A stretch of 64,000 nt of DNA, taken from the NCBI GenBank assembly GCA_043228905.1, contig JBHGNT010000013.1, positions 8,866,001 through 8,930,000 on the forward strand, read 5' to 3'. The DNA is from Azolla caroliniana (lineage: Eukaryota > Plantae > Polypodiophyta). The position numbers were made by a program, and so were the translations under genes. Positions 25,781 to 36,316 of the stretch are shown piece after piece. The notes below the pieces were generated by a model. That model worked only from the letters and a program-made list of their open reading frames with translations, was not told where the DNA came from and made no database searches. Every line of letters starts with the position of its first letter. Within the stretch, counting starts at the first letter, position 1.

Positions 25781-26769
25781 TTAGCTTTCATCCAATGAGA
25801 GAGGGCTTCATTGTGGTGGCCAAGGGCCATTGCACGTTCCGAACTTGCATGTCATCTCACACACAACCTTTCGTCGATGCGAACCAATTCCTGGGTGCGC
25901 ACGTCGGGTCTCCAATCTCATGCGTGGGCGTCGGTTTTCCACAGATTGATCTTTAATATGTCGATCAAATGACATCCATTCTCTGTTTGTTCTTCTGTCT
26001 CTGACACATCGAACCGGGCGTGCCAAATTTTGTGTTGTCTTGGTCGACCAACACAAAGCTTCGATCGTTTGGTTAATGGGATGTGGTTGGAGATTGAAGT
26101 CGGTCAAATCTACTGGTTGGTTACTTAAATACCATCTAACACAGACTCAAATTACTATACTTAACCATCGTTAATGTCCAAAATACTAAGTACGATCGAC
26201 TCTCAGCTATGCGTATTCTGACTAAGAGAAATTCAAGACACGAAATAATAGTTTAAAGCATAGAATATACTCTAACTAACCAAATTTATATTAAGAACTT
26301 ATAGCAATACATATCGATGTTGTTAGAATGCTCTTGGCCCCTTTTTATAGGCGACCTGAGAGACCTTTACCAAGATTTTACAATTGTCATTCGGCAAGAA
26401 CCTACAGTTACAACTAATTGCCCTATTTTTTCTACTTGGCAATAATAATTTTCGACTATCTCCTTTCACACTTGTTGGCTATGACGACAATTTTGACTAT
26501 CATTATACTAGTTTGTCGACCTATATACTGGACTAGCTTGGTCGATCCGACTAGCTAACATCTTCTTTACGGATTCTGGCAAACCGACATCGTATGAAGA
26601 AGCATCGGTCGGCATTAACCGATTCGGCCATGGCCTCTGGTAATGGAGTTAGATATGAACTCCATTCGGCAAAATCAAACTTGGGACCTGGTCGAATTAC
26701 TAACGAATCAACGACCTCTTCCGTGCAAGTGGATCTATAGACTAAAAGAGACGTCTGATTCGGCGACCC

Positions 26770-27560
26770 CAAAATTCAAGGCTAGATTAGTCACAAAAGG
26801 GTTTTGATAGTAATATGGCATCGACTTCGACAAAATCTTTTCATCAGTGGTGAAAATGAGGACCCTTCGCTTTATGCTCGACGTCGTGGCAGCCGAGGAT
26901 TTGGAGTTGATCTAGCTAGATGTCAAAACGACTTTCCTCCACAGTGACCTAGAGGAGGAAATTTATATGGTGCAACCGAAAGGCTTTGAAGTGTCCGGCC
27001 AAGAACATCTAGTCCAACTCAAGAAGAGCCTATACGGCTTGAAACAGGCACCCAAACAATGGTACAAGAAGTTTGAAACAGGCACCTAGACAGTGGTAAA
27101 AGAAGTTTGAAACAGGCACCTAGATAGTCAAGCATGTGTTTAGATATCTAGTGGGCACAAAAGACTATAGCATCGTATTAGGTCTGAACGATACTTTAGG
27201 TGTAGTCGGTTATATCAACTCGAACTTTACTAGTTGTGTGGACAATTGAATATCGACAATGGGATATTGCTTTAAATTCGATAATGGAGCAATCTCATGG
27301 AAGTCGAAACTTCAGGCGTGTATTGCTACGTCAACGACCAAGGCCGAATATGTAGCCACATCTGATGTGACGAAAGAGGCCTTATGGCTCTGTTGTTTGG
27401 TGCACACGTTTCGACAAGTCAATTCTAGCTCGGCTCCGGTTGTCTATAGCAACCGTTAGGGTGTTGTAGCTCTATCGAAAAATCCGGTTCAACACAATGC
27501 CTCGAATCATATAAACGTGAGATATCACTTTGTTTGGGACTGTGTAATTCCTCATATAGA
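26770..27560 (+). mobile_element. Degenerate Copia RT/RNaseH fragment with internal deletion
   Basis: Translates to KFKARLV...LDVKTTFLH...[12 protein letters not shown] then AISWKSKLQ...STTKAEY, with multiple stops. Confidence 0.8.
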
Positions 27561-27741
27561 CGTGACCAAGTGTCTTCCGGCGAATCGATTCCGATCCCTT
27601 CAACACCAAATGGGTGTAACGAAAAATCAGCATGATTGAGTTGAACACTCAGGACATGTTTCGGACATTTGACAATCGGCATAGACGACTCGACTTCGTG
27701 TAAAGAGTTGTGCTCGGCCACAACCAAGTTTCAAATACCAA

Positions 27742-27958
27742 TGGAAGATTAACATGAAATGAATCAATGCACTTACTCAGTCAAACGAGATGACACCGGA
27801 TGTTTACATGGAAAACCCTAATCGGGAAAAAGCCATGGGAGCCCACAGACTCCAAACTATACCACTAAAAAGAGGGAGGGTACAATGGGAGACTCAGAGG
27901 CAACGACCTCCACCTCTACCTTCGCCAACCAGCGGTTACAATAGATAAAAGTTTTGTA

Positions 27959-27991
<33 letters not shown>

Positions 27992-28177
27992 AACAATAAC
28001 AACAACTATTACACTCAATAGTATTGCCCTAGTAGCAGTCACATCGGAACCTATTTACTAATATGTCCAGCCGGATACCATTTGGATCCATCCAATCTGG
28101 TTCCTTCCTTCGACTCGTCCGATCCGGCTCGTCTGGTTATCATCTGGATCCCATCCAGAGGGACCAATTTCCCAACA
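27742..28177 (-). repeat. LTR of the TGTTGGGA..GTCCCTC family with a decayed PBS-like TGGTATTTGA next to it
   Basis: Minus strand begins TGTTGGGAAATTGGTCCCTCTGGATGGG, homologous to the LTR starts at 29471, 30611, 36317, 41056 and 45296. Confidence 0.65.
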
Positions 28178-28694
28178 CTTCGAACACTCTGACTTAGATG
28201 TACCTTTAGACTGGTCGATTCAGCTTAAGCCCTTTCGACCTAGATACTTCTGATTCGAACAAGGCCGACCTGTCTGATAACCTTTGTACAAATCTGTATT
28301 CTTTTGTTTAACCCTTTTAGTACAGATTTTTGTTGTATATGCCCATTACAGGGAATGTCAAATATGGGTGTATAATGGCCATATTCACACTATTCCTTTG
28401 GACAAACTAGGTTTAGGACAATTCTGTAATTATGTCAAAGGGCAGTTGCCCTAGCCCAGTTAGTATATAATTGGCTTTGTAACCCAGTTCATGAGGGTTG
28501 TTGATAGTGCCATTTTTCTATTGTAACTTTTGGAATAAGACTGTTAAATTGTGTGCCTCTCCCTCTCTCTCTCTCTTTCTCTCTGACTCTATCTCCTTGA
28601 TCTTACTTAAACCTGTTAACCAGGTGATCTTCTTAACATAGATGTTGTTCTTGTTTTCGCACTAACGATCTCAAAACCCTAAACCCTAAACCCT

Positions 28695-29470
28695 CAAGCA
28701 AGCTCCGAGAATGTGGTATCAGAAATTTGATACCTACATCTGGCAACTTAGTTACAACCGGTTGGACTCTAACCCATGCATGTACATTTGGGATTTGGTT
28801 GAGGCTCGAATTTACCTGATCCTATATGTCGATGATATGCTTATTGCAAGGAGCAATCAAGTAGAAATCGGAAAATTAAAATGGAGCCTTCACAACAAAT
28901 TTTCGATAAAGGAACTTGGACTAGCCCTCATATCTTGGGCATGAGGATTGAGCAAAATCGGATGACAAAGACCCTCTAGCTCTCCCAGGCCAACTACATC
29001 AAAAAGGTATTAAGACGGTTCAACATGGAGAATGCGAAACGGACACCAACTCTACTTCTGACATCGTTTAGAGTATCATACAGAGACTCTCCATTGATCG
29101 ACGAGGAGAGAGAGCTAATGGAAAGATACCCTACACATCGGCCATAGGAAGTATCATGTACACAATGGTGGCAACCCGACCCGACCTTGCATATGCCATA
29201 GGGGTCGTCACCCGGTACATATCGAACCCAGGGAAGAAGCATTGGGAGGTTGTCAAGAACATCCTTAGGTATTTATGAGGAACCAAAGATGTACAACTGA
29301 TTTTCGAATCAACAAATTCAACCGAAGTCGAGGGCTACACTGACTCTGACTATGCCAACAATCATGACAATCGGAAGTTGACTATATTCACATATGGTGG
29401 CAACACCATATCATGGAGGTCAAAATTGCAAGAGTGCAGGCCCTATCGACCATAGAGGCCAAGTACATAG
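28695..29470 (+). mobile_element. Degenerate Copia RT/RNaseH fragment, same family as 5757-7290
   Basis: KQAPRMWYQKFD...ILYVDDML...EIGKLKWSLH is nearly identical to ORF 6562-7290. Interrupted by an LTR at 29471. Confidence 0.85.
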
Positions 29471-29970
29471 TGTTGGGAAAACCGGTCCCTCCAGATGGGA
29501 AGACTACAAGCCGAATTAGATGAAAATCGATTACATAACCGATTTGGAAGACTATATTTATAAATAGTCTAAATGTGCCCCATGTGGGCTATATCTGTAA
29601 ATAGCCAAAACGTTGTATAAGTATAAATACAACTAGGGCAAACTTTATAGAGTGTTGAATCATTTTGTATAGTTGAATAGTTATAGAGAAGGTAGTTGCT
29701 ATTATAACCAGAGGAAGAGAGAGAGTGTGAGTGTGTGTAACTTTGTAGCCGTCTGTTAGATGATGACGAACTCGATGTTGTTGCCTTCGAGTCTCCTTGT
29801 ACTCATTTCCATATACATAATGATTTGTTTTCTTGGGGTTTGTGGACCCTCGAGGTTTTCCCCTTTTCGGGTTTTCCAAGTAAAATATCATGTGTCTCTT
29901 CTCTCTGTTTCTCGGTACTTTATGTTTTTATGTCTGTGCTCTATATTTCTCGATTCTTTGCACCTGAACA
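29471..29970 (+). repeat. LTR (TGTTGGGAAAACCGGTCCC family); right end uncertain
   Basis: Family-specific 5' end, TGTAAATAGCC and TATAAATA motifs, GGGTTTTCCA box. No TSD found. Confidence 0.6.
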
Positions 29971-30303
29971 TACATACGAGCAACCGGTTGTTGTTGGCCT
30001 AGAGTATGATCCGGAGAGTTAATGTGTGCAAGGATGATTCGGAGGATAATATTATAATTAGGAGCATAATTATTAGTTAGGAAATAGTCCGCACCGATTA
30101 ATAGTGCCGGTAGTCGGTGAAGCACCGTTTTGTATTTCCTTCCGGATGCCTATAAAAGGGTCTGGAATCGATGTAACTTGTTTAATGGAAGTAATATGAG
30201 ATTAGTGTTCTGTTTTAATTCTATTGTGTCTCTGTATACTTGCCGTTCTGTGCTTCAATTGTTAATCTTACGCGTGTGATAACTAATTTGCTTTGTCTTA
30301 ACA

Positions 30304-30610
30304 ATCCGGAAGTAACCAAAATTAATCGGATTGTAATTGGATAGTCGGATCACATCCATCCCTTAACCACCCCTTTGGTGAAGTGTTCCGGAATGGACAC
30401 CCTGTGTTTGAGACTAAGTCCAATCCAGAGTAAACACAGTTTTGGCGACCACGATTCCTGCAAAGTGCAGCGCGCGATGGGGAATGGATGACTAGATTGA
30501 CGAATGACCCAGTTACCAAATGTGTGAGATGACTAGCTGAGAGACTGCGAAGGCGGAAGACCTATCGGCAGGCGGCCGAGGAGATCCGACACGGTCTTTT
30601 CCCAGAGAGA
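30304..30610 (+). mobile_element. Possible Gypsy LTR end, PBS (TGGCGACCACG) and gag start
   Basis: ...TAAACACAGTTT is followed by TGGCGACC at 30443 and a short broken ORF MTRLTNDP...RRRKTYRQAAEEIRHGLF. Confidence 0.3.
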
Positions 30611-31113
30611 TGTTGGGAATTCGATCCCTCCGGATGAGAACCGGACAAGCTGGATTAGACAAGCCGAAGGAAGGAACCAGATCGAATGCAGCAATCGGAC
30701 CAGACTGGGAGGTATCCGGATGGATCCAACGTGAACCGGATCAAGGGACATATCTGCAAATATGTTTCTGGTGTGCCTATAAAGGCTATATTTGTAAATA
30801 GTCTTAAAGTCATATAAGTATAAATATGACTTAGGGCAATCACTTTGTATGATGATATTAGTTGCCATCGTTGTATAGAGTGTGAGTGTGAGCGTGAGAG
30901 AGAGAGAGAGAGAGAAGAGAAGCTGCCGGTTGGTGAAGAAATAGAGCTCGAGGTCATTGCCTCTCAGTCTCCTGTTGTACCTCCTTTCTCATATAGTGAT
31001 AGTTGGAGTCTTTGGGCTCCTGTGGTTTTTCCCTATTAGGGTTTTCCACGAAAACATCCTGTATCGCTTCTTCTCTATAAGTGTACGAACCTCCATTTCT
31101 ATTTTGTTCTCTC
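30611..31113 (+). repeat. LTR (TGTTGGGAATTCGATCCC family); right end uncertain
   Basis: Shares GGGACATAT, GGCTATAT.TGTAAATAG and TATAAATATGACTTAGGGCAA blocks with the 36317 LTR. Confidence 0.65.
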
Positions 31114-31399
31114 ATAAAGTGTCTGAGTCTCGATTGTGGCCAAGTGCTATTCCGCGCAAGAGATTCGACGGGTCGCAAAGGAGACAGTCCAGTTGCAAAC
31201 TTAGTGACATTCAGACAAAGGCAGCAATTTGGGCAATCTGCGCAATGAAGAATTGATACTATGAACTCTAGCCATAGGCGTCGGGACACATAAGCATTTT
31301 CAGTATTTGAGTAGGAGTCGGACAACGAACACAACCTCCACTCCAACTACCGATCTAGTCACGATACTCCGAATGAACTAGAGGAAGACGGATTTGAGC

Positions 31400-31620
31400 A
31401 CACACTGACACCGGAGTCGGAAACGATGACACCACCAGTGCACAAGGAGAATCTGGAACGAAAATCGGTGAAGAAGAACGGTCGCGTACTGACACCACCA
31501 CCGGAACGACAATCGGAGAAGACAAACGGTAACGACACCACCAACGGATCGACAATCAAAGAAGAAGGACGATCGCATACTGACGCCACCATCGGAACGA
31601 CCAATAGACAACGAAAACAT
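31400..31620. repeat. Diverged minisatellite (GACACCACCA core)
   Basis: GAC(A/G)CCACCA..GGA(A/T)CGACAATC recurs 4-5 times. Confidence 0.5.
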
Positions 31621-32264
31621 GTCGTACACGTACCCCGAGTAAAGAGATGAAACAGATGCAGAGGTACACGTGTATGCCTTTTTGCAAACATGGGAAGTCA
31701 ACCGTGTTTCACAATGACTGATGGACGTAGAAGTAGAGTGGTAAAAAATTGCAGAATTCAGTGTCGCGAAGTTTCGCGCATGTGTGTCGGATAGGACGTG
31801 ACCACAGGGGTCTTGGACTAGGAAGTGAGAGAAGGGAAAGAAGCTTGGGAGTTTAACTGAGAAGGGAAAGATTAAGGTTAGAGAGGTTAAGATTGGAGAG
31901 ATTAAGATTAGAGACAAGACAAGACAAGATTCATCGAATGATCATATTACAAAAACACCACATGAATTACAACCATGGCTGTGTAGGCCGAATGTAAACC
32001 CTCTAGATGAAACCCTAACCGGATAGGGGGAAAAGAAGAAGAAGAAGAAAACCCTAATGAAAGGAAATGATAGAGAGTGGAACCTTGAAGCAATACCCTA
32101 AAACGAAAAGGGATAAGAATAACTAAAACCCTAATGGTGTCGTCAAAATACGTCACTATGTGCGTATCGTGAGGCGGAACCGCCGGGGTTATGGACAGGA
32201 AGGAAATAGGGCTCACACGCACAACACAAGGAAGACTTACACAAACAAGGCATGAGTATTCGTA

Positions 32265-33230
32265 CATGTTTGTGAAAAGGAGAGGTGCATGGGCAAGCCC
32301 AAATCAACCCTTAGTCACAAGGCGAACATATGCACGTGAGGAAGGCTTACACACAAACACACAAGGAAAAGGCTTACTTACACACATGAGAGACAAAGTT
32401 TCGAATACCTTTGTGAAACGAGAGGTGCATGGGCAAGCCCAAATGCTCCCTTGTTACAAGACACGCGAACACACAAGGAAAAGGCTTACTTACACACACG
32501 AGAGGTAGAGTTTCGAATGCCTTTGTGAAAAGAGAGGTGCATGTGCAAGCCCGAATGCTCCCTTGTTACAAGACACGCGAACACACAAGCAAGGTTTACA
32601 CACGGGAGACACAATTTCAAACGCCTTTGTGAAAGGAGAGGTGCATGGGCAAGCCCGAACGCTCCCTTGCCGCAAGTCGCACAAACACACAAGCAAGGTT
32701 TACACACGGGAGACACAATTTCGAACGCCTTTGTGAAAGGAGAGGTGCATGGGCAAGCCCGAATGCTCCCTTGCCACAAGTCACACGAACACACAAGAAA
32801 GATTTACACTAACACGCAAGACACGCTTTCGAATGCCTTTGTGAAAGGAGAGGTGCATGGGCAAGCCCGAACACTCCCTTGCCACAAGTCGCACAAACAC
32901 ACAAGCAAGATTTACACTAACACGCAAGACACGATTTCGAACGCCTTCGTGAAAGGAGAGGTGCATGGGCAAGCCCAAATGATCCCTTGCCACAAGTCGC
33001 ACAAACACACAAGCAAGATTTACACTAACATGCAAGACACGTAAGTTTGAATGCCTTTGTGAAAGGAGAGGTGCATGGGCAAGCCCGAAACGCTCCCTTG
33101 TCACAAGACACACAAACAAATAAGCACAAACGACGATATCATATAAGACACATAGGTTTGAATGCCTTTGTGAAAGGAGAGGTGCATGGCCAAGCCCGAA
33201 ACGCTCCCTTGTCACAAGACACACAAACAA
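32265..33230. repeat. Tandem array of 9 units (104-140 bp) with a conserved hairpin-forming core
   Basis: GAGGTGCAT at 32282, 32422, 32534, 32638, 32742, 32850, 32958, 33068 and 33179. Confidence 0.92.
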
Positions 33231-33314
33231 ATAAGCACAAATGATGATAACAAATAAGCACAATCAAGATTTACACATAAGACAAGTAGATGAAAGAAAA
33301 CATTAGTTTATATC

Positions 33315-33771
33315 TGTTGAGAATCAAGCTCAACATAGCACAACGTGTGAACACACCTTTTGAGAATCCATGATTACTCAAAGGTCAAGAGTCACACCAA
33401 TACTCTCTACACATTAACTATGTGTCATAGAATCATATTCTATGACACATAACTAATGAGTTACATATTCCCCATGACTACGAGTCTTCACATTCCTCAA
33501 GAGAGAGAGAGTGGTTGTTGTAAAGTTAATGAAGAGAGAGGGTGACTCTATATAAAGCACCCTCCTCATACTTCATACTAAGTCGGTTGTGACTCCTTGT
33601 AATGCTACAATTTTGTATATCCATTCTACTTGTGAAATATACATCTTCTTCTTCTTGAGTATTCCTTTTTCTATCTATCTTGTGTTCTCTCATCTCTCCT
33701 CTAATTCCTCTCACACATACACATAACACACATCTCTTTCGCTACACAAGAATCATACCCGATTCTTTACA
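33315..33771 (+). mobile_element. Copia solo LTR, TSD ATATC
   Basis: TGTTGAGAATCAAGCTCAAC...TCTTTACA flanked by ATATC at 33310-33314 and 33772-33776. Homologous to LTR 5038-5432. Confidence 0.92.
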
Positions 33772-36316
33772 ATATCAATATAATAGATTCTTTTATAATA
33801 TAAGAATCATGTTACAATGGGTTGGATGCGAATATGACGGATTGTATATAAATGAATGGGGGAAGAGAGGTGGAGGAAAGAAGAGAGTGGAGTATAGAAG
33901 GAGTTTCTTTGTTGATGATGCCTCGACCCCTTTGGTTCTGCGCGCCTCGACCCTCTCGGTCGGTATGTCTGCTCAATCGGCCCATCTCAGCAGTCACGTT
34001 GCCGCGACTCTAGCGCTTGCCGATCCGTCGGTTCTCCCACAATGGCATCGACTTCCGCTGTGTCCGTGTCCCCTTGGCCTTCAGTCGATCCGTCTCATCC
34101 GGATCCATCTGTTGATCCGAGTCAGCTGTCTCCGACTCGTTCCAGCTCTTGTCCGAATCGGTACACTCCGATTCGACTTTCGGTGTCAGGCCTCTCACCA
34201 CATCGGGCCACTTCCGAGTCTTGGCCTTCTCCATGCTTCCCTCAGCTTCTTCAGCCGGTGAACCAAAATCGAATTCTTCATTCGACTCTGTATCATGGTC
34301 AGTACCGTCGTGATCACCTCCGCACAGCATGCGCTTCTCTTCCTGAGTGCACAACTCTTCTTCACAGCCGCTTGCTCCGACCTGTTCGGATGTGTCGACT
34401 TCCTTCGTCGACTCGGCTTCCTTCAGCTTCTTGTCTCCTCTTCTTCCGGCTCTCCTCTTACCGACGGGTTCAACAGGTTTTTGGCCTTTGCACGTTTCGG
34501 TAGAGACTTTGCCCTTGCTTCTCCCCCTCAAGTGCGGCACGTCGAGATGCTGAATACCAAGCATGTCGGTAAAGTGCTGCAACTTGTCCGATCCGAGCGG
34601 CTTGGTGAAGATGTCGGCAACTTGCCGATCTGTATGAACATACCATAGGTCAACTTCACCGCTCAGGACCCGCTCACGCACGAAGTGGTAGTGCACCTCG
34701 ATGTGCTTTGTGCGAGCATGGAACACAGGGTTCCTGGCGAGCTGCAGGCTGCTCATGTTATCGCAGTAAATCGGGATCGGGGTCGGTACCTCGATCCGCA
34801 AGTCGCGCAACAGTCGCCAAAGCCAGATGGCTTCACAAGTGGCAACGGTAGCAGCCCGGTACTCAGCCTCAGTGCTTGACAAAGCCACTGTGGGCTGCTT
34901 CTTGCTGCTCCACGCAACGGCCGCGCTGCCTATGGAGAACATGTATCCGGAAGTGGAGCGGCGATCAGACGCATTGCCGGCCCAGTCAGCATCTATGTAA
35001 CCGACAAGGTCTTCGGGTATACCTCGCCGGTATAGCAGTCCCCGGTCCTTAGTGCCGCTGACATACCGTAATATTCGTTGCGTGCACTGAAGGTGCTCCA
35101 CGGTCGACTTCTGCATGAACTGACTTACCATGCCGACCGGATAGCTGATGTCGGGTCGGGTGATGGTTAAGTAGATCAGGCTTCCGACAACCTGTTGGAA
35201 CTGTTTCTCATTGCAGGCCGGTCCGGAGTTGGGACGGAGCTTCTGGTTCCGGTCCAGGGGTGTGGAGACAGGTCGGCAATCTGTCATGCCGAACTTATAC
35301 AGCATATTCAACACGTAATGTCGTTGTGAGAGCAATATGCCGTCGGGGGTCCGGATCACTTCGATCCCAAGAAAATAATGAAGGTCTCCCAGGTCCTTCA
35401 TTTTGAATGCGTCCGACAACTGGGACTTGACGCGGTTGATTTCGGGAAGACCCGGTCTGGTGATGACTAAATCATCCACATACAAGAGTATACATACCGG
35501 ACCGTCAGAGCCTTGCTGGATGAACAACGAAGAGTCCGACTTAGAGACAGCAAACCCCAGCTTATGCAACCGGTGCGTGATCTTCACGTTCCAAGCTTGG
35601 GGGGCTTGCTTCAAGCCGTAAAGCGACTTCTTCAGTCGGCATACCGCCGACTTGTTCATCTCCGAGTGAAATCCGGGGGGCTGAGTCATAAAGACTTCTT
35701 CTTCAAGCTCACCTTGAAGGAAGGCGTTCTTCACATCCATCTGGTGAAGATGCCACCCCCTTGCCGCAGCAACCGCCAGTACCACACGAACCGTCGTCAT
35801 CTTCGCCACAGGAGCGAAGGTCTCATTGTAGTCGATTCCGTGGGTCTGCGCGTATCCCTTCGCCACTAACCGGGCTTTGTACCGGTTAACAGAACCGTCG
35901 GCGTTGTACTTGACCTTGAACACCCACTTGCATCCGATCGGTTTACAGTGACGGGGAGGATCAACTAGGTCCCAAGTTTCGTTGGCATCGAGTGCCCGCA
36001 TTTCTTCGTTCATAGCGGCACGCCAATTTGCGTCCTTTGCCGCTTCTGCGTAGCTCTCCGGCTCACGCACTTCTGTCACCTTAGTCATGTATGCATAATG
36101 ATGCGCCATGTATTCATTGTACCCGTACCGCACGACGGGTTGATCGGCGAAACGCACCGTCACCTGATTTGAGGCCCTTCTTGGCCAGTTCGGTCTTCGT
36201 TGCCGAAGATCTGCCTTTCTCCTTTCCGGAGTCGGATACGCACCGATCCGACTCATCGATGCCGGTTTCGAATTCCGGCATCTTCCTTTTCCCTTTCTCT
36301 TTGTGCGTGAACCGTT

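Noticed and set aside
25980-26770. Possible additional LTR upstream of DDB1
   Set aside because: The composition is LTR-like, but no termini, TSD, PBS or PPT could be fixed.
28713-28722. TGGTATCAGA as a tRNA-Met PBS
   Set aside because: It encodes WYQK inside Copia RT and does not follow an LTR end.
29980-30303. Possible separate solo LTR (TGTTG...TTAACA)
   Set aside because: No matching TSD and no second copy in the window.
32265-33230. CRISPR array
   Set aside because: Spacers are homologous to each other, the context is eukaryotic and there are no cas genes. Kept as a tandem hairpin array.
32486-33263. Repeat-protein ORFs such as 32541-33044
   Set aside because: They are by-products of the tandem array. 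Most unit lengths are not multiples of 3, so the frames shift.
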